A DNA stretch of 64,000 nucleotides from Bacteroidia bacterium. GTDB taxonomy: Bacteria > Bacteroidota > Bacteroidia > NS11-12g > UBA9320. A program made the position numbers and the translations under genes. The notes below the pieces were generated by a model. The model searched no databases, had not been told where the DNA came from, and saw only the letters and a program-made list of their open reading frames with translations. Below are positions 51,854-61,546 of the stretch, piece by piece. The DNA is taken from assembly GCA_049115575.1 (NCBI GenBank), contig JAGDZU010000004.1, forward strand, positions 423,307 through 487,306. Reading direction: 5' to 3'. Position 1 is the first letter of the stretch. Every line of letters begins with the position of its first letter.

Positions 51854-52462
51854 TTACGTCCCCAAATTATACCTCAAACCAATGGTGTAAAGTCTATTGT
51901 ACCAACCTGCCCTGCCAAACCAAGTAGGACTGTTTACAACTATAGGGTAGTCTCTAATACTTAAAACTGAATATGAATGTCTTAATTCAGCTCCCCAATG
52001 ATCTGTAAAGAAATAGGTTCCGCCAAGATGAAAAGCCACTTCATATTTTAATAGGGCCTCTTCTTTAGCAATAAAACCATTATCATCTCTTTCGTTAAAA
52101 ACAGAAATACCTACGGATGGTCCTGCAAAGAATCTTATCTTCTTATTGAAATTATATCTGGCCAAAATGGGCACTTCGGCATAGTGATAATCAATTTTCA
52201 ATGTAGGCGTGAAGACTTCTGGATCTATTACTTTTTTACTTCCTTTCTGGGTATATAATATTTCAAAAGACCATTCCCAAGGCTCTTTTACTTTTCTGCT
52301 AATAGCTATCCCAGTGTTTAGACCTAGCTTATTGTAGCCTGCTAATTGGTCCCCATCAATTTGTGAGAAATTCGCACCCAATAATAATTCAGCTTGATAA
52401 CCTTGGGCTCTGAGCTCCCCAAATAAAAAAATACAAATAATGAGGCTTAAGTACTTCTGCAT
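51854..52462 (-). CDS. outer membrane beta-barrel (porin family) protein
   Basis: 202 aa with a signal peptide, alternating beta-strand pattern, and a C-terminal aromatic-rich YTIGLRYNLGT. Confidence 0.65.
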   Translation of the reverse strand: MQKYLSLIICIFLFGELRAQGYQAELLLGANFSQIDGDQLAGYNKLGLNTGIAISRKVKEPWEWSFEILYTQKGSKKVIDPEVFTPTLKIDYHYAEVPILARYNFNKKIRFFAGPSVGISVFNERDDNGFIAKEEALLKYEVAFHLGGTYFFTDHWGAELRHSYSVLSIRDYPIVVNSPTWFGRAGWYNRLYTIGLRYNLGT

Positions 52463-52492
52463 ACGCTCAAAAATAAATAACTTGCATAGATT

Positions 52493-52852
52493 ATGAGTGC
52501 AGATACTAAAAGGAGGAACAAAGACATAGCAGGATACCTGATATTGAACATTCTTGCAGAAATTGATGGAGACTTTAATGCAAGTGAAGGAAGTGTGATT
52601 GCGGAATATGTATCTGAAAGCTTCCCGCTAGGGGGAAATCTAGAAAATGCTTTAGAAGAATTAAGTACGCTAGATCAGTCTAACTACCCATTATTATTTC
52701 AAAAATGCGCGGAAGATTTCTATGCAGATTCTACTGAAAAAGAAAGATTGCATTTTGTAGATTTTGCCATCAAACTTATTAATGCGGATGAAAAGATAGA
52801 CCAGGATGAAAACTGGATGCTCAATAAGCTGTACCAATACTGGGATCTTTAA
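52493..52852 (+). CDS. hypothetical protein, TerB-like helical domain (tentative)
   Basis: 119 aa, acidic. The pattern EGSVIAEYV...FVDFAIKLINADEKIDQDE is reminiscent of TerB/DnaJ-like co-chaperone modules. Confidence 0.4.
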   Translation: MSADTKRRNKDIAGYLILNILAEIDGDFNASEGSVIAEYVSESFPLGGNLENALEELSTLDQSNYPLLFQKCAEDFYADSTEKERLHFVDFAIKLINADEKIDQDENWMLNKLYQYWDL

Positions 52853-53763
52853 GATCTAGATCTAAGGGCAAACCAAGCTCTCTTTAATCGCGTAATAAAA
52901 CCAGTAGTGTGAGTAGAAGCTTTACGAACCGATTCTCCCATAAATAGTTGGTTTTTATAAAACTCCCTAGAACTAATACCCCACTTTAATAAGAACGCTT
53001 TTCTTCCGGTGTTTTTTCTTATTCTTCCTGTAGATTTTGAGCCAAAATGATACACTAAACTGGATCCGACTCCAATAAAATCTCTAAGCCCAGCTGTGTA
53101 TAATTTCATGCTGAGATCTGGGTCGGAATACATTCCCGGACTAAATTCTATGCTCATTCCACCCACCAAATCCCAATAATCAATGTGCAGCATCAAAGGT
53201 GGCCAGGTACTACCAGACCAGTCCTCTTTCTTTAACTTTTCTGCTGATGCGATTAATTCATTTTCATTGAATGTCTCTAAATCCCTTCCAAAATCAGATA
53301 TAACAACACATGGATTGCCCGTGTCTTCAGGTTCAATGAGGGTTCCGCTTAAGGCAACAGCTTTGGATTGAAAACCAAGAGCTCTATGGTATAGTCTAGT
53401 GTCCCATTTAGGCAAAACATACATATCGTCATTCATATAAACAATCCAATCGGACTTGATTAAGGCTCTACACGCATTTAGGCCATAACATATTCCTGCA
53501 TTTTGCTCGAAATAAACTATGTCTAAATCTTCTGCATTTTTACACCATTCTAAGGTGCCGTCTGATCCCTCATTAACAACAACTATAATTTGAACCTTTA
53601 AACTAGAATGAGTTCTAATACTTGAAACACAGAGCTTTAAGTGGCCCAAGTTGTTCCAGCTTGGAATTAATACACTTAAATCATAATTGTTTAAAGCACT
53701 TTGAGAATACCTTTTGAATTTTAGCTCATGCATCACCTCAAATATAATAAGCCTAGAATCCAA
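52849..53763 (-). CDS. glycosyltransferase family 2
   Basis: LSVLIPSWNN...IIVVVNEGSDGT...YMNDDMY (DxD-like). Confidence 0.8.
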   Translation of the reverse strand: MDSRLIIFEVMHELKFKRYSQSALNNYDLSVLIPSWNNLGHLKLCVSSIRTHSSLKVQIIVVVNEGSDGTLEWCKNAEDLDIVYFEQNAGICYGLNACRALIKSDWIVYMNDDMYVLPKWDTRLYHRALGFQSKAVALSGTLIEPEDTGNPCVVISDFGRDLETFNENELIASAEKLKKEDWSGSTWPPLMLHIDYWDLVGGMSIEFSPGMYSDPDLSMKLYTAGLRDFIGVGSSLVYHFGSKSTGRIRKNTGRKAFLLKWGISSREFYKNQLFMGESVRKASTHTTGFITRLKRAWFALRSRS

Positions 53764-53794
53764 TTTTGTCTATATTTGGCATGAGCAGTTGCTT

Positions 53795-54691
53795 ATGGAA
53801 GATATTGGATCCAATCTCGAATGGATGAGTGAATTTAGTTTAGACTGGAAAACCAGTGTGATGATAATTATCATCATAATTGGTGCAATTCTACTTACAC
53901 GTGCTACACGCTGGCTAGCAGATCGCTTATATTCCACAGTTGCATCTAAAGCCGCAATAAATACAACCAGATTCAACTTTGTAAAAAATGCTTTGTCCAT
54001 CATTGTTTGGATTTTGGCATTTGCAGCTATTGTTTCTATGATCCCTCGTTTAAAAGCGATAGCCATTACCCTTTTTGCAGGTGCTGGAATTATGGTTGCA
54101 ATAATTGGCCTAGCTGCTCAAAAGGCATTTTCAAATATTATAAGCGGGATAGTTATGATCATATTCGAACCATTTAAAGTGGGAGATGTAATCAGTGTGG
54201 AGGGAGAACATTTTGGCATGGTAGAAGATATCACGCTAAGACATACAGTCATTAATAATTTGGAAAATCAGTTGATCATTATTCCGAACTCCGTAATAAG
54301 TGCCGCTACTATTATTAATGAAAGTATATACTTTGGTTTATTGTGTAAATGGATGGATATAGGGATTAGCTATGATAGCGATATAGAATTAGCAACCCGT
54401 ATAATTCATGAAGAAACTGATAAACATCCGAATGTAGTTCGAGAACCTGGAACAGATTACCCTAACAAGGTTAATGTCCGCGTAGTTGAGTATGCGGATT
54501 TCAGCGTTAATTTAAGGTGTTATGTTTGGACCAATAACGCCAGAGCAGGAATTCAAATTCAAAGTGATTTATACAAAAGCATAAAGGCGCGCTTTGATTT
54601 GGAAGGAATAGAAATACCTTTTCCTTATAGAACAATTGTCTTTAAAAATGATTTGCCAAATAAGCCTCAAATAGATATTAATCCCGAATGA
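53795..54691 (+). CDS. mechanosensitive ion channel (MscS family)
   Basis: Start moved to MEDIGSN. Three TM segments, then PFKVGDVISVEGEHFGMVEDITLRHTVI. Confidence 0.85.
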   Translation: MEDIGSNLEWMSEFSLDWKTSVMIIIIIIGAILLTRATRWLADRLYSTVASKAAINTTRFNFVKNALSIIVWILAFAAIVSMIPRLKAIAITLFAGAGIMVAIIGLAAQKAFSNIISGIVMIIFEPFKVGDVISVEGEHFGMVEDITLRHTVINNLENQLIIIPNSVISAATIINESIYFGLLCKWMDIGISYDSDIELATRIIHEETDKHPNVVREPGTDYPNKVNVRVVEYADFSVNLRCYVWTNNARAGIQIQSDLYKSIKARFDLEGIEIPFPYRTIVFKNDLPNKPQIDINPE

Positions 54692-55431
54692 ATAAGATAG
54701 TATTTTTAGTATTCTCAGTAGTTCTTTACTCGTGCCAACAATCTTCTTCTATAGAGGAAAATACGCTTATTACTGATACTCTTCATACTGAAGTAATGAC
54801 TGCAGATAAGCAGTCAAATATGAGTTTCAATGATGTTATATCAGAACTAAAAGAAGGTAATTTACGCTTTGTTGAGAATCATATGTACCGAAGAAACAAC
54901 GTAGCCCAATTGGAATATTTAGAAAGTGGCCAACACCCCAAGGCAGTGGTATTATCTTGTATTGATAGCAGGGTTCCTGTGGAAGAAGTGTTTGACCAAG
55001 GGGTAGGAGATTTATTTGTAATTAGAGTTGCGGGAAACATAGACAATGATCACAACCTTGCAAGTTTAGAATACGGCTGCAAAGTTTCCGGTGCTAAAGT
55101 TATAGTAGTTCTAGGCCATGAATACTGTGGTGCCATTAAAAGTGCCGTAAAAGGCGTTGACATGGGAAATATTACGGAGCTGCTCTCTCATGTGCAACCT
55201 GTGCTAGACAAGCATGAGGAATTTCCAGGAGAAAGAACCGTAGACAATCCTGATTTTCTAGAGCTTATTACTAAAGACAATGCTCTAATGACCTTAGATG
55301 ATATTAGGGCGCACAGTGCCATTCTAAACAGCATGGAGCAAGAAGACCGAATCAAACTAGTAGCCGCATATTTTGATATGGGTACTGGTAAAATCTTATG
55401 GCTGGACGAGAAGGATAACCCTATGCATTAA
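54688..55431 (+). CDS. beta-class carbonic anhydrase with lipoprotein signal peptide
   Basis: SCIDSRVP, VIRVAGN and VLGHEYCGAI zinc-ligand motifs. N-terminal VFSVVLYSC lipobox. Confidence 0.9.
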   Translation: MNKIVFLVFSVVLYSCQQSSSIEENTLITDTLHTEVMTADKQSNMSFNDVISELKEGNLRFVENHMYRRNNVAQLEYLESGQHPKAVVLSCIDSRVPVEEVFDQGVGDLFVIRVAGNIDNDHNLASLEYGCKVSGAKVIVVLGHEYCGAIKSAVKGVDMGNITELLSHVQPVLDKHEEFPGERTVDNPDFLELITKDNALMTLDDIRAHSAILNSMEQEDRIKLVAAYFDMGTGKILWLDEKDNPMH

Positions 55432-55592
55432 GGATTGTAATACCGTTTTTCTCACCAGAAGTGCTCTCAATTGGGTGTATTCACACACTCGATATCAGCT
55501 ATAAATATGAGTAATCTCAACTCATTTGGTAAGGGTTAGAGTTAGGCTCAGACCTACCTTTACCCATTTAAAATCAATTTAAAACCAAAATC

Positions 55593-56021
55593 ATGTTATC
55601 CAAATCACAAGCAAGAGCTTTCTTCTTGGGAGGTACGATTCTAACTTTTGCAATTTTTCTTGGATTGTCTTGGCAATCTTTGAGTAAGGAGGTCCCCAAA
55701 AGAACGCATGAAGAAAACCTTTCTGAACAGGTTGTCAGAGGGAAACACATTTGGGAGTCTAACAATTGTATGGGCTGCCACACCATTCTAGGAGAAGGTG
55801 CATACTATGCACCAGAACTAACTAAAGTTTATGAAAGGCGAGGGCCGGGTTACATCAAGGCTACCTTGATGTCTGAAAAGCCATGGGCGCCAAGAGGCAG
55901 AAAAATGGTGGCTTACAATATGTCTGCGGAAGAGGCCGAAGATGTTGTAGCTTTTTTTAAATGGATAGGTGAAACGGATCTAAACGGTTTCCCACCTGAG
56001 CCTAATCTTAAGTCTAACTAA
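55593..56021 (+). CDS. norC: nitric oxide reductase subunit C (membrane-anchored cytochrome c)
   Basis: 142 aa with an N-terminal TM segment. VVRGKHIWESNNCMGCHTILGEGAYYAPEL closely resembles Paracoccus-type NorC. Confidence 0.85.
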   Translation: MLSKSQARAFFLGGTILTFAIFLGLSWQSLSKEVPKRTHEENLSEQVVRGKHIWESNNCMGCHTILGEGAYYAPELTKVYERRGPGYIKATLMSEKPWAPRGRKMVAYNMSAEEAEDVVAFFKWIGETDLNGFPPEPNLKSN

Positions 56022-56033
56022 AACGAAATTGAC

Positions 56034-57368
56034 ATGAAATACAAATCACAAAAAGTAGCCTATTGGTTCTTTGCGCTGGCTATGTTGCTGCTTGTTTTGC
56101 AGCTAGTATATGGATTCATTATGGGCTTTGCTCATATGGGAATGGATGGTCTTCACGATTTCATTCCATTCAACACTGCACGAGCTGTTCACACTAACCT
56201 ACTAGTAGTTTGGCTACTGACAGGATTTATGGGCGCAGCTTATTACATTATACCAGAAGAGGCTGAACAGGAGTTGGTCAGCACAAAGCTTGCCTATATT
56301 CAATTAATTACTTTGGCATTAGTCGGGGTAGTAGCAATTGTAGGATATCACTTTAATTATTGGGAAGGAAGAAAGTTTCTTGAGATTCCTCGACCTTTAG
56401 ACTGGTTGGTGGTTATAAATGTCCTCACATTTCTCGGCATTATTCTCGCCACTTTGTACAAAGGGAAGAAAAGAACTACAACATCTCTGGTACTTACTAT
56501 GGGATTAGTTTTTGCAGCTTTACTCTATTTGCCTGGAATGATCTGGTTTGACAACCAAACCATGGACTCCTTCTTTAGATGGTGGGTTGTTCACCTTTGG
56601 GTAGAAGGTGTATGGGAATTAATAATGGGTGGTATACTGGCATTCTTGCTCATTAAGATTACCGGAGTTGATAGGGAAGTAATAGAAAAATGGCTTTACG
56701 TAATCGTAGGTCTTACATTCCTTTCTGGTATACTGGGTACTGGTCACCATTACTACTATATAGGTGCTGGTAAAACTTGGTTAATTGTTGGAGGAATCTT
56801 TTCAGCATTGGAACCCCTTGCATTTTTAGGAATGGCCCTATTTGCTATTAGTATGTACAGGAAGGGTGAAAAACGGCATCCCAATAAAGTAGCTTTGAAT
56901 TGGACGCTTGGTACTGCCATAGTTTCATTTGTTGGAGCGGGTCTACTTGGGTTAGCGCATACCTTGCCACAGGTTAATCTTTATACTCATGGAACACTTG
57001 TTACAGCCATGCACGGTCATATGGCTTTCTGGGGAGCATATGGTATGATAGTTTTTGCAATCATTAGTTATACAATGCCAAATCTCACCGGCAGAAAGCT
57101 GTATAATACTACTCGAGGTATGTTGGCCTTCTGGATTTCAAATATTGGAATGCTTGGAATGACCGTAGCCTTTGGTGTTGCTGGAGTTGCACAAGTATAT
57201 CTTGAACGTAAAGTAGGTATGGACTTTGGAGATGTGCAGACAGAAATTCAAGTTCACTTTCTAATTCTTGTGCTTTGCGCTACTATGTTTACTGTAGGTA
57301 TTTGCATGTATATCTATGAATTTATTAAGTATGGGCGACCGAACGATGAAGCTCTAATAACTGAATAA
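56034..57368 (+). CDS. norB: nitric oxide reductase subunit B (heme-copper oxidase superfamily)
   Basis: 444 aa with 12 TM segments and His ligands in WVVHLWVEG, GTGHHYYY and HGHMAFWGAYG. Confidence 0.9.
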   Translation: MKYKSQKVAYWFFALAMLLLVLQLVYGFIMGFAHMGMDGLHDFIPFNTARAVHTNLLVVWLLTGFMGAAYYIIPEEAEQELVSTKLAYIQLITLALVGVVAIVGYHFNYWEGRKFLEIPRPLDWLVVINVLTFLGIILATLYKGKKRTTTSLVLTMGLVFAALLYLPGMIWFDNQTMDSFFRWWVVHLWVEGVWELIMGGILAFLLIKITGVDREVIEKWLYVIVGLTFLSGILGTGHHYYYIGAGKTWLIVGGIFSALEPLAFLGMALFAISMYRKGEKRHPNKVALNWTLGTAIVSFVGAGLLGLAHTLPQVNLYTHGTLVTAMHGHMAFWGAYGMIVFAIISYTMPNLTGRKLYNTTRGMLAFWISNIGMLGMTVAFGVAGVAQVYLERKVGMDFGDVQTEIQVHFLILVLCATMFTVGICMYIYEFIKYGRPNDEALITE

Positions 57369-57378
57369 TAAAAATAAG

Positions 57379-57407
57379 CGCACAGGTCTTTGGCCTGTGC
57401 GTTTTTT
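57379..57407 (+). terminator. intrinsic terminator between norB and norQ
   Basis: CGCACAGG-N7-CCTGTGCG (8 bp) followed by T6. Confidence 0.8.
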
Positions 57408-57413
57408 ATTGAT

Positions 57414-58187
57414 ATGAACAAACCAAACTATCATAAAGTAGGCCGTGAAATTGAGGTGTTTGAACATGCCTATAAGAATAAATTGCCCTTATTGCTTAAA
57501 GGACCTACAGGTACCGGAAAATCACGATTTATTGAGTTCATGGCATATCAATTACAGGCAGATTTACTTACGGTTGCTTGTCATGAAGAAACCTCTGCCA
57601 CCGATTTAATTGGTAGATATTTAATAAAAGGTGCAGAGACTGTTTGGATTGATGGGCCCTTAACAAGGGCAGTTAAAAGTGGGATGATTATCTACCTTGA
57701 TGAGATAGCTGAAGCTAGACCAGATATTATTGTAGCTATACATTCACTCACAGACCATCGCCGAGAACTTTATATTGACAAGCTAGGTGAAACTGTAAAA
57801 GCTCATGAGGATTTTATGCTTGTGGCTTCATACAATCCTGGATATCAAAGAGGATTCAAAGAATTAAAACCTTCTACCAGGCAAAGATTTGTGTCTTTGA
57901 GTTTTGGATATCCCGACTCTAAAACTGAAAGTGAGATATTAATAAGTGAAAGCGGTGTAAATGGAGCTGATGCCAAGCGCTTATCTCAAATCGGAACCAA
58001 AATCCGGAACTTGACTGAACTTGGATTGGCCGAAACAGTTTCAACCAGATTGCTAGTTGATGCCGGAAAACTAATTCAAAGCGGATTACCAAAAAGGTTA
58101 GCGGTGAAAGTAGCCGTTGTAGAACCTCTTACAGATGACCCGGAAGTAAGTGAAGCCTTGTCAGACCTCTGTGATTTACTAATCTAA
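57414..58187 (+). CDS. norQ: CbbQ/NirQ/NorQ family AAA+ (MoxR-class) ATPase
   Basis: Start moved to MNKPNYHKV, because the track ORF includes the terminator. LLLKGPTGTGKS Walker A and IIYLDEI Walker B. Confidence 0.85.
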   Translation: MNKPNYHKVGREIEVFEHAYKNKLPLLLKGPTGTGKSRFIEFMAYQLQADLLTVACHEETSATDLIGRYLIKGAETVWIDGPLTRAVKSGMIIYLDEIAEARPDIIVAIHSLTDHRRELYIDKLGETVKAHEDFMLVASYNPGYQRGFKELKPSTRQRFVSLSFGYPDSKTESEILISESGVNGADAKRLSQIGTKIRNLTELGLAETVSTRLLVDAGKLIQSGLPKRLAVKVAVVEPLTDDPEVSEALSDLCDLLI

Positions 58188-59941
58188 TGGCTCTAGACGA
58201 GTTTATCTATGGTAAAATTGTTGGCTTTTTTAAAAGGCGTAGTAATGAACGTGAATCTAGTGTAGAAGGCAGCGTATCACTTGAAAATATAAGATCTCGC
58301 CTCACTATTTTAGCACGTGCCACCTCAGGTAGTGCTATTGAAATTTATCCTGCAGAAAAAGAAGGCGGATATAAGGACCATAATTTCTTTCTTCCTGAAA
58401 AAGTAAGCTTTTTTGGCTCTGAATCACTCAATCTCGCCTTCTACTTTTTTCGAATTCTATATCTGGTAACTCAAAGGGACCTCAATCTTAATTGGAGGCC
58501 AGATCAGGAAGCTAGTCTAGAAGAATCGAGAGAAGAAGCTCTTGCTAGTTCAAAGCAGATTCTCAACGCTCTTTTTTCAGAATACCCACTTTGTGAACAC
58601 ATATATTCAGAAATACTTGAGAATTTCACGAATGAAAAACACGGGCAAGAATTGTGGTGGATATATGGAAAATGGATGAGGAACAGCATTGCGGAAGTCG
58701 AGAACAAAGACAAACTAGAAAATTTTGATAATAAGACTAAAGCTGGAACCAGCCCAACTACCACTATTAAAGCTAAAGCTGTTGAGGAAATAAAACAAGT
58801 TACTGTAGACAAGAAGCAACAAGAGGACTATGTGCTCACCCACAATTTTGAGAAAGTTGAAACAGCAGAAGAACACAGCGGTGTCTGGCGTGATTTTGAC
58901 GGCGACGACGATTTAAAAGCTCATGAGAATTCACTTGATGAACTCAATCTTAGATTCACAGTAAGGGTTGACGATACCGCTCATTCTGTATATCAAGCTG
59001 AATTTTTAGAGAATACAAGTATTCAAGAAAGTGCCACAGCCTCATCAAAAGGAACTAAGTATTCGTATGATGAATGGGATTATCAGAAGAAAGCTTATAA
59101 GAAGAACTTTTGCAGCCTTTATGCTTATAAAGAAACAAGATCTAAGAAGGACTATTATTCCAAAACTCTAAACAACAATAGAACCGTGCTTAGCTCATTG
59201 AGAAAATCTTTGACTAGCATTAATAATAAGCTCAAACAATTAAAGTATCAAAACCAAGGTGATGAATTTGACTTGGATGCCTTAACAGATATGGTTGTTG
59301 ATTTAAAAGTGAATCAATCTATTTCTGAAAAAATCTACCTCGATAAAAGAAAAAATGAAAAGGATTTATCCATTCTACTCCTTCTTGACGTTAGTTTATC
59401 AAGCGATTCCTACGCGGCTGGCAATCGTGTTATTGATGTTGAAAAAGAGGTCTCCATTCTGTTTGGAGAAATACTGAATGAATTCAATGTGAATTTTTCA
59501 ATTCATGGCTTCTTTTCAAAAACCAGAAATCACTCTTCATTTATAGAAGTGAAATCATTTGAAGATTCATGGGACAAAACCAAAACTTTGGTAGGGGCTT
59601 TGGAACCTCAAGGTTATACTCGAATAGGAACATCTTTAAGACATGCAGGGGCACTATTAGACCAACAAGAATCAAAAAACAAATGGATTATTCTCCTTTC
59701 TGATGGAAAGCCAAATGATTTTGACAGATATGAGGGTCAATATGGAATTAATGATGTAAAGCAGGCTTTAAGAGAACTGCACGAGAGAAGAATCAATTCA
59801 TACGCTTTAGCTATCGAAGCTCAAGCGAAGTATTATTTACCTCAAATGTTTGGTCAAAATCATTATCAGATTCTAACAAATCCAAAAGAACTTCTGAAAT
59901 CTATGGTGCAGCTATTCGAGAAAATTCGATTTGACTCTTAA
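58187..59941 (+). CDS. norD: NorD-like activation protein with C-terminal von Willebrand factor A domain
   Basis: 584 aa with LLLDVSLSSDS (MIDAS DxSxS) and ILLSDGKPND. Start/stop overlap with norQ. Confidence 0.8.
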   Translation: MALDEFIYGKIVGFFKRRSNERESSVEGSVSLENIRSRLTILARATSGSAIEIYPAEKEGGYKDHNFFLPEKVSFFGSESLNLAFYFFRILYLVTQRDLNLNWRPDQEASLEESREEALASSKQILNALFSEYPLCEHIYSEILENFTNEKHGQELWWIYGKWMRNSIAEVENKDKLENFDNKTKAGTSPTTTIKAKAVEEIKQVTVDKKQQEDYVLTHNFEKVETAEEHSGVWRDFDGDDDLKAHENSLDELNLRFTVRVDDTAHSVYQAEFLENTSIQESATASSKGTKYSYDEWDYQKKAYKKNFCSLYAYKETRSKKDYYSKTLNNNRTVLSSLRKSLTSINNKLKQLKYQNQGDEFDLDALTDMVVDLKVNQSISEKIYLDKRKNEKDLSILLLLDVSLSSDSYAAGNRVIDVEKEVSILFGEILNEFNVNFSIHGFFSKTRNHSSFIEVKSFEDSWDKTKTLVGALEPQGYTRIGTSLRHAGALLDQQESKNKWIILLSDGKPNDFDRYEGQYGINDVKQALRELHERRINSYALAIEAQAKYYLPQMFGQNHYQILTNPKELLKSMVQLFEKIRFDS

Positions 59942-61483
59942 TTACAAATCAAACTTTATACCTTGAGCTAGAGGTAAATCCTCCCCGTAATTGATAGTAT
60001 TGGTTTGTCTGCGCATATAAGTTCTCCAGGCATCGGAACCTGATTCACGACCTCCACCAGTTTCTTTTTCACCTCCAAATGCTCCTCCAATTTCAGCCCC
60101 GCTAGTTCCTATATTTACATTGGCAATGCCACAATCACTTCCTACAGAACTCAAGAACTTCTCTGCCTCTAATAAGTTATCAGTGAAAATAGCTGAGCTA
60201 AGTCCTTGTTTAACATCATTTTGCATGGCAATAGCTTGATCCAAAGTTTTAAACGGAATTAAGTAAACGATAGGAGCAAAAGTCTCTTCCTGAACAATTT
60301 CAAAATGATTTTGAACTTCTGCAATACATGGTTTCACATAACATCCGCTTTCATACCCCTTACCGCTAAGCACTTCACCACCATAAACAATTTGACCACC
60401 TTCCTCTTCCACCTCTTTAATGGCATTCTGAAATTGCTGAACAGCATCCTTATCTATTAATGGACCAACATGATTGTTTTCATCCAATGGGTCTCCTATC
60501 CTCAATTGATCATATGCTTTAACCAATTTGGCCTTAAATCTCTCTATTATGTCTTCATGAATCAATAGCCTTCTTGTACTTGTGCAGCGCTGTCCAGCAG
60601 TTCCAACGCAACCAAACACCGCGGCTGGAAGAGCCTTATCTAAATCTGCATGTTTGCTTATAATAATGGCATTATTTCCTCCTAATTCCAGAAGTGATTT
60701 ACCTAATCTAGCTCCAACAATCTGCCCGACTCTTTTACCCATACGTGTTGAACCTGTTGCAGACACCAAAGGAATACGTCTATCTTTTGCTATGGCCTCT
60801 CCTATCTTATAATCTCCTATTACTAGATTGAAAATACCTTCTGGAAGGTCATTTTCTAAAATAACCTCTTTCATAAGTTGGTGGCAAGCAATAGCTGACA
60901 AGGGTGCTTTCTCACTTGGTTTCCACACACATACATCTCCGCAAATGGCTGCTAGCATAGCATTCCACGCCCAAACGGCCACCGGAAAATTAAATGCAGA
61001 AATGATTCCAACAATGCCTAATGGGTGCCATTGTTCATACATTCTGTGGTCTGGTCTTTCAGAGTGCATGGTTAATCCATATAACTGACGAGACAGACCA
61101 GTTGCAAAATCACAGATATCTATCATCTCTTGCACTTCGCCTAATCCTTCTTGATAGCTCTTACCCATTTCAAGGCTAACCAAGCGTCCAAGATCCTTTT
61201 TCCTCAATCTGAGTTTAACTCCATATTTTCTGACTATATCCCCTCTTGCAGGAGCTGGTTGCTTCTTCCACCATTCAAAAGCTTCCTGAGCTTTTTTAAT
61301 CACATGTTCATATTCGCTTTGAGAAGCATAGACTACTGTTCCAAGTTTGGAGCCGTCAACAGGGCTGTGTACATCCTTGTGTTCTGTACCAATAGAACTA
61401 ACCCATTCTCTACCTGTACAAATGCTTTCGTTCACTGGTTTAACACCCAGATCAAACAATAATTCTTCAACTGTTTTACCCAT
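59942..61483 (-). CDS. aldehyde dehydrogenase, ALDH7 / piperideine-6-carboxylate dehydrogenase-like
   Basis: 513 aa with LELGGNN and GQRCTSTRR catalytic blocks. The N-terminal region is similar to antiquitin-type enzymes. Confidence 0.8.
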   Translation of the reverse strand: MGKTVEELLFDLGVKPVNESICTGREWVSSIGTEHKDVHSPVDGSKLGTVVYASQSEYEHVIKKAQEAFEWWKKQPAPARGDIVRKYGVKLRLRKKDLGRLVSLEMGKSYQEGLGEVQEMIDICDFATGLSRQLYGLTMHSERPDHRMYEQWHPLGIVGIISAFNFPVAVWAWNAMLAAICGDVCVWKPSEKAPLSAIACHQLMKEVILENDLPEGIFNLVIGDYKIGEAIAKDRRIPLVSATGSTRMGKRVGQIVGARLGKSLLELGGNNAIIISKHADLDKALPAAVFGCVGTAGQRCTSTRRLLIHEDIIERFKAKLVKAYDQLRIGDPLDENNHVGPLIDKDAVQQFQNAIKEVEEEGGQIVYGGEVLSGKGYESGCYVKPCIAEVQNHFEIVQEETFAPIVYLIPFKTLDQAIAMQNDVKQGLSSAIFTDNLLEAEKFLSSVGSDCGIANVNIGTSGAEIGGAFGGEKETGGGRESGSDAWRTYMRRQTNTINYGEDLPLAQGIKFDL

Positions 61484-61546
61484 GATTATTCAGAATTCAA
61501 AGATAATCAAGGAGCATTGATTTGTGTTGTAATTAAAGAAGTTTAC

